Positions 43,755 through 53,760 of a stretch of 64,000 nucleotides of DNA are shown piece after piece. Under the pieces are notes generated by a model. It ran no database searches. It was not told the DNA's origin and was given only the letters and a program-made list of their open reading frames with translations. A program made the position numbers and the translations under genes. The first letter of the stretch is position 1. Each line of letters starts with the position of its first letter. This stretch comes from an uncultured Gemmatimonadales bacterium (GTDB lineage Bacteria; Gemmatimonadota; Gemmatimonadetes; Gemmatimonadales; GWC2-71-9), in contig CAWBVP010000015.1 of the NCBI GenBank assembly GCA_963792265.1, forward strand, positions 160,742 to 224,741, read 5' to 3'.

Positions 43755-44611
43755 ATGAAGGTGCAACACATCCTGGCAGCTGCCGATGAATCCGAGGCAG
43801 GGCGCCAGGCCGTCCGATCCGCCATCGATTTGGCCGGACGTGCCCATGCCCGCGTGACCGTCATGCGCCCGTTCCGGTCGGGGCAATGGCCGTGGCTGCA
43901 GCAACAACCGGCGGTTACGACTTCGCCGGGGCGGAGATGGAGAGTCCTGCGATCGAGGACCTGCGGCAATGGATCGGATCCGATCTGCGGGCTCAATCCG
44001 AGCCGCCGCCGGTAGAGCTGAGTATCGTATCCGGCGTTCCCGGAATCGAGATCGGCCGCTTGGCGGAGCAGCGCGAAGCCGACCTTCTCGTGCTCGGACG
44101 GAAGCAGCGTTCGCAGCTGGCCCGGGTGCTCCTGGGCGATACCGCTGACCTTGTGGCCCGGCGGAGCCGGATCCCCTGCCTGTTCGTTCCGGCCAACGCC
44201 GGCCCCCTCCGCCGGATGCTGGTGGCGGTTGACGGGTCGGAGCAGGGCATGGTCGTTCTGACTGAGGCCTGCAGTTTTGTAAAGGCCGTCGGAGCCACTC
44301 TCCGGGTGGTTACGGTAGAGGCCGGTCAGGCCGATGAGCCGTCTGCCAGCACCGCGGCTCAGACTAGGAGACTGGAAAGCCGGGTGCGAGCGTGCGCCAA
44401 CCACCAGGGAATAGCGGCTGCGGTGCCGAGTGTGGAGGTGCGGCGGGGAGCAATTGGGCAGCAGATTCTGGCCGCGATCGACGCGAGCAGCCCCGACGTC
44501 CTCGCGATCGGCTATCATCGCGGAGGACTGCCCGGAGTCATCGAGGCCGGCAGCACGGGGCGACGCCTGGCCCACACGGCGCCTTGCGCGCTCCTCACAA
44601 TACCCTTGTGA
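43755..44611 (+). CDS. Tandem universal stress protein; frame break ~43870
   Basis: MKVQHILAAADESEAGRQAV, ADLLVLGRKQRSQLARVLLGDTADLVARRSRIPCLFVP, RMLVAVDGSEQG, and DVLAIGYHRGGLPGVIEAGSTGRRLAHTAPCALLTIP. Confidence 0.82.
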
Positions 44612-44647
44612 GGCCGCGCAAATCCGGGCATTTCGGGAGCAGCAATC

Positions 44648-45694
44648 ATGATTAAGCGCGTAGGGTTAACAGCGCTGTTGGCGTTTGGCTTTGCCTGCCG
44701 TTCTTCCACCCCTGCACAGCACGCAAGGGAAGCTCCTCCGGCCAGCCCGGGTCCTTCAAACACTGGCGTAGAACCGCAGGTAGTGGATACGCCGCCGGCT
44801 GATGTTTCTCACGGTGAGGCTCCGATTGGTGGTCCCAATGCCTCGCCCGCACCAGTCGACGCACGGCTCCCTCCAGCCGAGCCCGCGCGCCTTCGGAAGA
44901 TAAGATTCGAAGTCTTTCACAAGACGATCAACATAGCTCCGGGCGTAAAGTACGCAGCCTGGACGTTCGATGGGGTGGTACCCGGTCCTGCGCTACACAT
45001 TCGTCAAGGGGATACCGTCGCGTTCACCCTGGTCAATCGAACGAACATGCCCCACAGTATGGACTTTCATGCGGCCGAGATCGCACCGAGCAAATACTAT
45101 GTGAACGTGCTGCCGGGGGACTCGCTTCACTTTCGCTTCGTCGCGCGCGTGCCAGGTGCATTCATGTACCATTGCGGCACGGCACCGACGGCGATGCACA
45201 TCGCCAATGGCATGTACGGCGCACTCATTGTCGATCCAGTGACCCCGAGGCCCCGAGCTAAGGAGTTCGTTCTCGTGCAGAGCGAGTTCTATCTGAGCCC
45301 TAAGGCGGACGCCAGCGGAGCGAAGAGCCTGGACTGGGGTAAAGTTCTGGGACTCGTACCTGATCACATCGTGTTCAACGGCCTAGCCGATCAGTACGCT
45401 ACGCATCCTCTCGATGTAAGCCCCAACCAGCTCCTGCGGCTGTACGTAGTGAACGCGGGACCCAACCGCATCTCGTCGTTTCACGTCGTCGGTGGGATTT
45501 TTGAGCGCGTGTTTCAGGATGGATCACAAGCCAACCCACTGATTGGAGTTCAGACGGTCAACGTCCCTGTGGGTGGAGGTTCCATCTTCGAACTCCGGCT
45601 GCGGGAGCCAGGTGATTACCCCTTCGTGACCCATGCGTTTGCCGATGCGACCAAAGGTGCCGTCGGGGTCCTTCGCGCGCTCCCTGCTCAGTGA
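44648..45694 (+). CDS. nirK: Copper-containing nitrite reductase (NirK, lipoprotein/AniA-like)
   Basis: Intact 348-aa ORF with lipobox LAFGFAC. HSMDFHAA carries the type 1/type 2 Cu histidines, and MYHCGTAPTAMHIANGMYG carries the Cys-His-Met type 1 Cu ligands. Later HVVGGIFE and THAF are present. Confidence 0.85.
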   Translation: MIKRVGLTALLAFGFACRSSTPAQHAREAPPASPGPSNTGVEPQVVDTPPADVSHGEAPIGGPNASPAPVDARLPPAEPARLRKIRFEVFHKTINIAPGVKYAAWTFDGVVPGPALHIRQGDTVAFTLVNRTNMPHSMDFHAAEIAPSKYYVNVLPGDSLHFRFVARVPGAFMYHCGTAPTAMHIANGMYGALIVDPVTPRPRAKEFVLVQSEFYLSPKADASGAKSLDWGKVLGLVPDHIVFNGLADQYATHPLDVSPNQLLRLYVVNAGPNRISSFHVVGGIFERVFQDGSQANPLIGVQTVNVPVGGGSIFELRLREPGDYPFVTHAFADATKGAVGVLRALPAQ

Positions 45695-46546
45695 GCGCCG
45701 GCGATAACCGTGAGGAGCGCCTGGTGAGACCTACCTTTCGCGTCCGGCACAACCGGTTCCTCAAGACTGTCGCGAAGCTCAGCCGCCAATACCTCAAATG
45801 GTTCGGCAACGCCAGCTATAAGCCCGCGCGGAATGGCGAGCGCTGGCTGCTGGACACGCTTCGGACCGAGCCGATCCGGACCGTGCTCGACGTGGGAGCC
45901 AACGTCGGCTCCTGGTCCCTCATGGCGGCGGAATTATTTCCTGCGGCCACCATCTACTCCCTCGAAGTGATTCCGGAGACCGCGGCCGAGCTCCGAGCCC
46001 GCACGGCCCAGCAGGATCGGATCCAGCCATTCAACCTCGGCCTCGCCGCCCATACCGGCACCCTGTCCCTTCGCTACGATCCCAAGGCCAGCACCCATGC
46101 CACGTTCACCGACTATCCCCACCGGTGGACCGGTGAGCGGGTCGAGTGCCCGGTGATGCGGGGGGATGACTTTCTCACCCGCGAAGGGATCAGTGACGGT
46201 CGATTTTCTGAAGCTCGATGTGGAAGGTGCCGAGCACCTCGTCCTGGAAGGCTTGGAGAATCAGCTGCGCGAGCAGCGGGTGCGCTTCGTCCAGTTCGAG
46301 TACGGCCGGGTCAACATCCTGACGCACTTCCTGCTCCGGGATTTCTACCAGCTCTTTGCGAAGCATGGCTACGTCGTGGGGAAGATCTATCCCGATCATG
46401 TGGACTTCCGGGAATATGATCTCAACGACGAAGACTTCGTGGGCCCCAACTACCTCGCCTGCCGGGCCGGAGACGAGGCGCTACCACGTCTGGCCCATCA
46501 ACCTGAGCCGCACTCCCTAAAAGCATTCACCACAGAGGGCCCCTAG
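45691..46546 (+). CDS. FkbM-family methyltransferase; frame break ~46195
   Basis: The GTGA start overlaps the upstream stop. Contains VLDVGANVGSWSLMAAELFPAATIYSLEV, then VDFLKLDVEGAEHLVLEGL...VQFEYG. Confidence 0.82.
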
Positions 46547-46765
46547 CACGTGAACAAAATGTCTTGCAGCGATCGAACCCTCTGTGAGTGGTCATGGATC
46601 GGAAGAGTTGCGGCCCGGCAAGGAGCCCTCTGTGGTAAGATCTTCAAGATCAGTCCCCCGTTTGGTGGCATCGCGAGATGAGCGCCATGTTTGTGGGTCA
46701 CATTCCGCTGGCGCAATGAAGCTCGGGCGGTCACATTCGACACTCATCTCTATTTGGTGCCTCCC

Positions 46766-48365
46766 ATGGCGCAGCGCAGTGCCCCCAAGAGCTCGGCGTC
46801 GGACAACCTGGGCCTGGTCGGCCTCCCGCGTCCGCTGAAGGAGCTTGCCGCCGCAACCTGGGATGCCATCGTCGTGGGCGCGGGGCACAACGGACTCACC
46901 TGCGCCGCCTACCTCGCCCGCGCCGGCAAGCGGGTGCTGGTGCTGGAGGCCCGGGAGCGGATCGGCGGGGCCTGCACCCTGGAAGAGTTCTGGCCCGGCT
47001 ACCGGGTCTCCCCCTGCGCCTACGTCTGCGGGTTGCTCCATCCTTTGGTCATCGAAGAGCTGGACCTGGTGGGCCGCGGCCTGGAGTGGCACCCGGCCAT
47101 GCCGGGGATGTTCGTCCCCTTCGAGGACGGAACCAGCGTCCAGCTCTGGGGCGACGACGAACGCGCCGACGCGGAGATCAGCCGCTTTGCGCCGGGATGA
47201 TCTCGCCGGCTGGCGGGCGATGACGGCGCTGAAGCAGCGGGTGCGCGACGCGCTCCGGCCCGCCGGTCCGGCCGACGTCTGGATCGGGCCGGCACCGAGC
47301 CGGGCAGCAAATCGAGTCCCGGCTCTGCGGCGACCGGGAGGCGATCGGGCTCCTGTTCGAGTGGTCCATGGTGGAGTTCGTGGAGCGCTATCTCGACGAC
47401 GAGCGCCTGCACGAAGCGCTGTTGGGGCAGGGCGTGATCGGCACCAACGCCACCCCGCACGATCCCGGCACCGCCTCGATTCACTTTCACCATGCGTCGG
47501 GCCGGATGGGCGGCATTCCCGGGATGTGGGGCTACATCAAGGGCGGCATGGGTCGGGTCTCATTTCTCCTGGCCGACATCGCCCGGGATGCGGGAGCGCT
47601 GGTCGCCGCCGGAGTGCCGGTGAGCCGGATCCTGCCCCGGCGAAGGGGTGGAGCTGGAGAGCGGCGAGCTGCGTGCGGGCTCCGATCGTCATCTCCAATG
47701 CGGACCCCCGCACCACGCTCCGTCTGCTGGGAAATGCCGCCGACTCCACCTGGCAGGCCCAGGTCGAGCGCATCCCCATGACCGGCTGCACCGTCAAGAT
47801 CACCGTCGCCCTGAAGGAGCTGCCCAACTTCCGCGCTCGGCCCGGCACCCGCGAGCCGCACCACCTCGGCCAGATCAACACCCCGCTCAGCAAGTCCGCC
47901 TGGCGGGCGCACTACGCGACTGCTCGGGCCGGCGAGCTGCCCCCTCGGCTCTGGACCGAGCTCTACTTCCAGAGCGCGCACGACGCCAGCGTGACGCCGG
48001 ACGGCGAGCACATCATGAGCATCTTCGCCCAGCCGGTGCCCTATCGCTTTCGGCAGGGCGACTGGGACACTCGGCGCGCGGAGGTGGCCCGGGTGGCGCT
48101 GGAATCGGTCGGCCGGTTCTGCAGCAACATCCCGGAGGCCGTGCTGCACCTCGAGGTGATGGGGCCGCCCGACATCGAGCGCCATACCGGGCTCACCGGC
48201 GGGCACATCTTCCAGGGCGAGTGCCTGCCGCAGTACATGTGGGACCAACGACTGAAGCCGAGGACGCCGATGCAAGGAGTCTTTCTCTGCGGGGCCGGGA
48301 CCTACCCCGGCGGGAGCGTGATCGGGATCAATGGCCGGAACGCCGCCATGGAGGCGCTCCAGAGC
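46766..48365 (+). CDS. NAD(P)/FAD-dependent oxidoreductase (phytoene desaturase/CrtI-like family); at least 3 frame breaks; no stop before the next gene as given
   Basis: WDAIVVGAGHNGLTCAAYLARAGKRVLVLEARERIGGAC, GTASIHFHHASGRMGGIPGMWGYIKGGMG, and LTGGHIFQGE...GVFLCGAGTYPGGSVIGINGRNAA. Confidence 0.8.
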
Positions 48366-50190
48366 ATGAGCTCTTCCTTCATCACTCGCCGCGACGCGAT
48401 CGCGGCCCTGCTATCCGCCGCCACACTGCCGCTGCTATCGGCCTGCTCTGGCGGCGGTGGCGGGGCGCGCCGGCCCGGAACCGACGACACCGCGGCCCTC
48501 GGACTCCTCGACAGTGCGGCCGAGCATCTCCTACGCCTGTCCCCGGAAAGCGCCACCTCGCTCGGCATCGATACCGGCACGCGGGCGGTCCTTCGATCTC
48601 AGCTCGCCGATCGCTCCGCCGCCGGCCGGGAGACGCTGGCGAAGCAGATCCGCGCCGACCTGGAGCGCCTGGCCAGTCTGGACCCGGCCGGCTCTCCCCG
48701 GCGGCGCGCACCAGCGTGGAGGTGGTTCGGAGCGCCTATAAGACATCGCTCGAAGGTTTTGCGCTCCCCTACGGCGATGTCGCGGTCGGCAGCTGGCGCA
48801 ATAGCCCCTATGTCGTGATCCAGAATGTGGGCGCCTATCTCGACGTCCCCCGGTTCCTCGATAGCGATCATCCCATCGAGAATGCGGCCGACGCCGAGGC
48901 CTATCTCGCCCGGCTGGAGTCGTACGCCAAGCAGCTCGACGGGGAGCTGGGGCGGATGCAGGCGGCGCGTGGAATGGGACTGGTTCCTCCCCGGTTCCTG
49001 ATCGACAAGGCGATAGCGCAGCTCAACCTCTCGGCCCGGAACGCGCGCGGCGGGGGGTCGCTGGTGGAGTCGATCGAGCGGCGGACCAAGACCATCCCCG
49101 GCAACTGGGCCGAGCGGGCTCGGACGATCACTGCCGGGCAGGTTGCGCCGGCGCTCGAGAGGCAAATCCGCGAGCTGGAGGCCGAGCGGGGCCTGGCGAA
49201 GGACGACGCCGGCATCTGGGCCCGTCCCCACGGCGAGGAGTACTACCGTTGGGCGCTCAAGGCCTCGACCACAACCGAGCTGTCGCCCGATGAGGTGCAC
49301 GAGCTGGGGAAGAGCGAGGTCGAGCGGCTGCACGGCGCAGATGGACGGGATCCTCAAGGGGATCGGCTACTCGCAGGGCACCGTGGGCGAGCGGATGCGC
49401 GCGCTGGCGAAGGATCCCCGCTATCAGTTTCCCCAGGGCGACAAGGGGCGGGCCGAGATCCTCGCCTTCATCAACGATCGGCTGGCCTGGATTCGGGCGC
49501 AGCTGCCCCGCGCGTTCAAGACGCTGGTGAATCCCAACATGGAGGTGAGACGGCTGCCGCCCGAAGAGGAGCCCGGCGCTCCGGCCGCCTATGGCGGGGC
49601 CGGATCGATCGACGGCAAGATCCCCGGCCGCTTCTGGATCAATCTCCGGACCACCGATCTCCACAGCCGGTACAGCCTCGCCGATCTGACGTTTCATGAG
49701 GCGATCCCCGGCCACATCTGGCAGGGGGAGTACACCCACCGGATGCCGTTGATTCGCCAGCTGCTCAGCTTCAACGCCTACTCCGAAGGCTGGGCCCTGT
49801 ATGCCGAGCAGCTCGCCGACGAGCTCGGCGCCTATGACGACTTTCCGGTGGGGCGGCTCGGCTATCTCCAGGCGATCGCGTTCCGGGCCTGCCGGCTGGT
49901 GGTGGATACCGGCATCCACGCCAAGCGGTGGACCCGGGACCAGGGCGTGAAGTTCTTCGTGGACGTGAACGGATCGAATCCGGTGGAGGTCGCCAGCGAG
50001 GTCGATCGCTACTGTTCCTGGCCGGGCCAGGCCTGCGGATACAAGGTGGGGCACAGCGAGATCACCCGGCAGCGCGACCGGGCAAAATCGGCGCTGGCGG
50101 CGAAGTTCGATCTCAAGGCGTTCGACGATGCTGTCGTGCTGGGCGGGAACGTGCCGCTGGACGTGCTCGCGAAGAACGTAGACGCTTATA
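48366..50190 (+). CDS. DUF885 domain lipoprotein (Tat/lipobox N-terminus); at least 2 frame breaks; 3' end approximate
   Basis: Starts MSSSFITRRDAIAALLSAATLPLLSACSG. Contains YVVIQNVGAYLDVPRFL, EEYYRWALKASTTT, the HExxxH-like TFHEAIPGHIWQ, GWALYAEQLADELG and EVDRYCSWPGQACGYKVG. Confidence 0.82.
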
Positions 50191-50195
50191 TCTTA

Positions 50196-50591
50196 TCACC
50201 GCCCGTACTGCTCGTCGGTGACCTTCTCCAGCCAGTCCACGGTCTTGCCGTCGAGCTTCTCGTGAACGGCGATGTGCGTCATCCCGTTCGTTGCGGTGGC
50301 CCCGTGCCAATGCTTCTCGCCCGGAGGAATCCACACCACGTCGCCCGGCCGGATCTCCTCCCTCGGCCCGCCCCAGCGCTGGGTCCAGCCGCAGCCGGCG
50401 ATCACGATCAGGGTCTGGCCCAGCGGGTGGGTGTGCCAGGCGGTCCGGGCTCCCGGCTCGAAGGTGACCGCGGCGCCGGCTGCGCGCGCCGGAGCGGCGG
50501 CCTCGAACAGCGGATCGATCCGCACCGCGCCGGTGAACCAGTCGGCCGGTCCTCTGCCGGAAGGGCGGGAACCACCTCGGGCGATGTCCAT
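50196..50591 (-). CDS. Cupin domain protein (mandelonitrile-lyase-like cupin_2)
   Basis: [10 protein letters not shown]...[57 protein letters not shown]. Confidence 0.82.
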   Translation of the reverse strand: MDIARGGSRPSGRGPADWFTGAVRIDPLFEAAAPARAAGAAVTFEPGARTAWHTHPLGQTLIVIAGCGWTQRWGGPREEIRPGDVVWIPPGEKHWHGATATNGMTHIAVHEKLDGKTVDWLEKVTDEQYGR

Positions 50592-50673
50592 CACTATTTC
50601 TCCTTGAGACCTGACACCTGGTAGCATATACCGGGTTGGGGCCAGCCGGAATGAGGATTCTTTAAGGGAGGGA

Positions 50674-51150
50674 GTGCCCACGATGCCGTTGCTCTCGTTT
50701 CTGGTCCTCGCGTTATTCGGTGTACTGGCCGGGATCAGCCTGGCGACCCAAGCCGCCGTCAATGCCAGCCTGCGGGAAAGCTTGAGCTCACCGTCCGCAG
50801 CCGCATTCGTGAGCTACTTGGGCGGCACCATCGTCATGGGCCTCGTGCTGGCTATGGGCCGCCGGGTTGGGCTTCCGCCGGGGCAGCTGACGGAAGCCGT
50901 CGTGCGCGGAGTGCCCTGGTGGGCGTGGAGCGGCGGGTTGCTCGGCTCGATCTACGTGGTGATATCCGTCCTGCTGGTGCCCCGCCTGGGGACGGCGACG
51001 GTGCTCTCGCTCTTTGTGCTGGGCCAGATGGTCGCCTCGGTGGCCTTCGACCATTTCGGCCTGTTCGGATTAGCTCAGCGTTCCGCCGACCTCGGGCGAG
51101 TCCTAGGTGCGGGACTGCTGGTCGCCGGAGTGCTGCTGTTGCGCCGCGAC
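50674..51150 (+). CDS. DMT-superfamily membrane protein (DUF606/YdcZ-like); 3' end approximate (ORF open to 51261)
   Basis: GTG start. Contains [33 protein letters not shown]...[32 protein letters not shown]. Confidence 0.7.
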
Positions 51151-51534
51151 CGGCGGGCGCGGGCCGCTCATTTGACCAACCTGAGCCTGCCGAAGCCCTG
51201 CCGCCCAGAACGTGGTTGCCTCGTTGTACAGCTCCTGAAAGATCTGATCCTCTGCATTTAGCGGCATGCTCAGCTCCAGCTTCGGCACCGCTGCCGCATC
51301 TCTGACCTCTGGGCTGGTCTTGTCGTCCGCCGGGTCCGACCTCATGGCGACATCGATGCAGGTGGCCATCAATGCCACTGAGCTGCCAGCGATCGAACGT
51401 GCCGTGCTGGTAGACTTCGAGCGTCCGTTCTCAGACAGTCCATGAAACAGGTGCCTGTTCTTCACTGGAGCTCCTCGCTCGAGCCGACGCCAATCGTGCT
51501 TCTGCAATCTTCCTCGCATCGAATGTGCCATGAT

Positions 51535-51577
51535 ACCAGAAGCCCCGCCGAGTGGAAGATCCGGCGGGGCTTCTGGT
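51535..51577. terminator. Perfect 16-bp stem hairpin with an 11-nt loop and no U-tract
   Basis: ACCAGAAGCCCCGCCG (51535-51550) and CGGCGGGGCTTCTGGT (51562-51577). It lies ~45 nt downstream of the minus-strand stop at 51622. Confidence 0.5.
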
Positions 51578-51621
51578 GATCCGGGCACTTCGACGGCGGC
51601 CTTCATGCTGCTGGCTTGACT

Positions 51622-52304
51622 TCACCACCCGCGGGCGACGTTCCTCCCGGCGGCGGCTTGGCATCCTGGGCCTGGGCGCCGCGACCACGTTGCTCGCGCT
51701 CTCCCATGCCGCCAGCAGCTCTGGCTGGTGGCGAACCGGTAGCGAATCTGGCCGCTCATCACCTTCACGCTCCTGAACCACCTCCTCCGCCACCGCGTTC
51801 CAGCTCGGCCGTGGCGCCGACGTGCGCCACCGGCCTGCGGCGCCCTGCTCCAGCGCGGTCTCGAACTGGTCCAGCGCCGCCTCGAGCCCGGTGAGGATCT
51901 CCTCCGCCAATCCGTGCTTGAGGAGGAGCTCCTTCCGGCTCTCGGCCTCGGCGGCCATCCCGCTGCGCGGCCGCGTGAAACGCGGGTAGGTGGTGGCGTC
52001 GGCGGGGAACTCGAACTTCCGTGCCAGTCCGGGTCTTCGACCGCCGCGAACTGGGCGACGCTGGCCAGATGGTCGAGGTGCGTTTCGTCATCAGCCGGCG
52101 GAGCTCGACCTTCCGGCGCTGTCGCCGCATGCACCGCGCTCCGGCCGTCCAGCTGCTGCTGGGCCAGCTCGCTGCCGCTCGAGAGCCGCTCCTGCAGCCG
52201 CCGCCGCTGCCACGGTGAGCGCGGGGCCAAGGTCTGGATGTTGCCGAGCAGAATTCCAGCACCCGCTGGCCCATGTCCAACTTCCTACGCGTCTTCGCCA
52301 ACAT
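51622..52304 (-). pseudogene. Unclassified gene, heavily frame-broken (at least 3)
   Basis: The pieces ILLGNIQTLAPRSPWQRRRLQERLSSGSELAQQQLDG.., DHLASVAQFAAVEDPDWHG, FEFPADATTYPRFTRPRSGMAAEAESRKELLLKHGLAEEILTGLEAALDQFETALEQGAAG and ELLAAWESASNVVAAP lie in three minus frames. I recognise no family. Confidence 0.3.
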
Positions 52305-52485
52305 ACTACAAACCTCTCCTGCGTTGGTCCGGACAGCGAACGGGCGCTGCCGGTGTGACGTGAATGAGGATGTAGTGCGCGAATGAGCCCGTTCATCACT
52401 CGCCGAAGACTCGTATTGCGAGGAATGTGCCAGGACCTTGCGGTTCACTTTTCATGAAAAACGGACCAGACGGATTCCATTCGAC

Positions 52486-53075
52486 GTGAATGCCGCCGAC
52501 TCGGCCGCGAGCAAATCGATGATCGGCCACCCGACGATGTGGAAACCGGCCGAGCCGCGAAGCGAGACGGTCAGGTACGAAGTGGAAACAGGCCGGCGGC
52601 TATGGATGGACACCGGCCAAATCGAAAGTTGACTTCGGCAAGTATCGAAATGACGCGGCAGCGACAGATTGACCTGGATCGACTGCGAGGTGAGCGGGCC
52701 CGCGACCGAGGTTAAGCGGGTCAGTCGCCGAGGCGAACCGGGCCAGCGGCGAGGTGAAGCGGCTGCCGCCAAGCCGAGGCGGCCGTCAAGCGGATATCGA
52801 TGCGATCGGAATCGAGGTCGCTCCGGCCGGCATCGATGATCTCTGCGGCCAAACCCAAGTGCTGCGGCCAAGTCGGCTTGCGAGCTGTTCGCCGCCGAGC
52901 TCGTCCCGGCCGGTGGCGAGTGCCGCGGCCAAGCACAAAGTCGCTCCGGCCAACTACGAAGTCGCATCCGGCCACTCAAAGTTATTCCGGCCGGCCTCGA
53001 AGTCGATGTGGTCACCTCTGAGTTAGTAGTTGTCGATCACAAAGTGTTTCCGGCCATTGGCGCGGTCAGCCGGAC
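52486..53075. repeat. Degenerate tandem array with ~21-nt period and a CGGCC/CCGGCC core (about 27 units)
   Basis: CGGCC occurs at 52502, 52524, 52547, 52614, 52780, 52824, 52846, 52865, 52907, 52926, 52947, 52969, 52988 and 53051 (hand-located). All spacings are close to multiples of 21. The best units are at 52920-53001: GTGCCGCGGCCAAGCACAAA / GTCGCTCCGGCCAACTACGAA / GTCGCATCCGGCCACTCAAA / GTTATTCCGGCCGGCCTCGAA. Confidence 0.75.
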
Positions 53076-53760
53076 TTACCGCCTTACCATCCAGGCTGGC
53101 ACGCTCGATGCAGATACTGTCGCCGTCCCGCGTTGCCAGACTCCAGCTCGGCGGAATATTTCGCGAGACAGCTTCACCTGCACGGCTAGACTGGAGCTCG
53201 GCGGAATCGAGCGGGGAAGCGGATCAAGTTCGCTAGCGAACGGCGGGACTCGCAGGAGACTTCGCTCCCGCGAGATCCAACCGGAAACGGAAGCTCCCGG
53301 GAACCTTACTCCCGACCGATGACGTTGGCTCGGAGAGGAGGACACTATGCCCATCCCGAGTACGACGGCCTGCCGGCCGCAGCGAGCGTTCAGCAGGCCA
53401 TCGTTCTGGCTCAGCGCCTGATCCTGAAGGACCTGGAGCGGCGAGCGCTGGCCATTACTGAGCGGCCGGATGCAGCAGACCAGGAGGTACGGCCCGCCGC
53501 CTGAGGTAGCATTGCGCCCATCATCTTAACCGCCAGCGTGCGGAGCTTCGCCGCAGGGATTGGGATTCGATCCCGCAGGCGACCCCGCTGCGCGGGTACC
53601 CGGCGAGCGTCAGTCTTACTTGTGATCTCCACTCCGAGTCGCGAACTGCAGCGCCGAAGGGAGCGATCCCAATCCCTGCAGGTCACCGTCAGCCGGGTAT
53701 GCACTCTCCATTATTGCGCGTCTGCTCACCGGGGCGTATCCTGAGTCGTTCCGCTACAAT

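Noticed and set aside
50190-50624. C-terminal extension of the DUF885 ORF (49143..50624), and the similar tail of ORF 13311..13940 after pdxA.
   Set aside because: DUF885 similarity ends near ..LDVLAKNVDAYI (~50190). The remainder is antisense to the cupin gene, so the stop was probably lost through an indel. The pdxA tail beyond ~13790 likewise has no PdxA similarity.
51103-51606. A 167-aa minus-strand ORF (MKAAVEVPGSPEAPP...).
   Set aside because: Its first 25 codons are the translation of the perfect 16-bp hairpin. Its 3' part is antisense to the DUF606 gene tail, and it has no recognisable motifs.
52486-53075. CRISPR array as an explanation for the periodic repeats.
   Set aside because: The period is only ~21 nt. 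There is no alternation of conserved repeats with unique 30-40 nt spacers, the units are degenerate, and no cas genes are present in the window.
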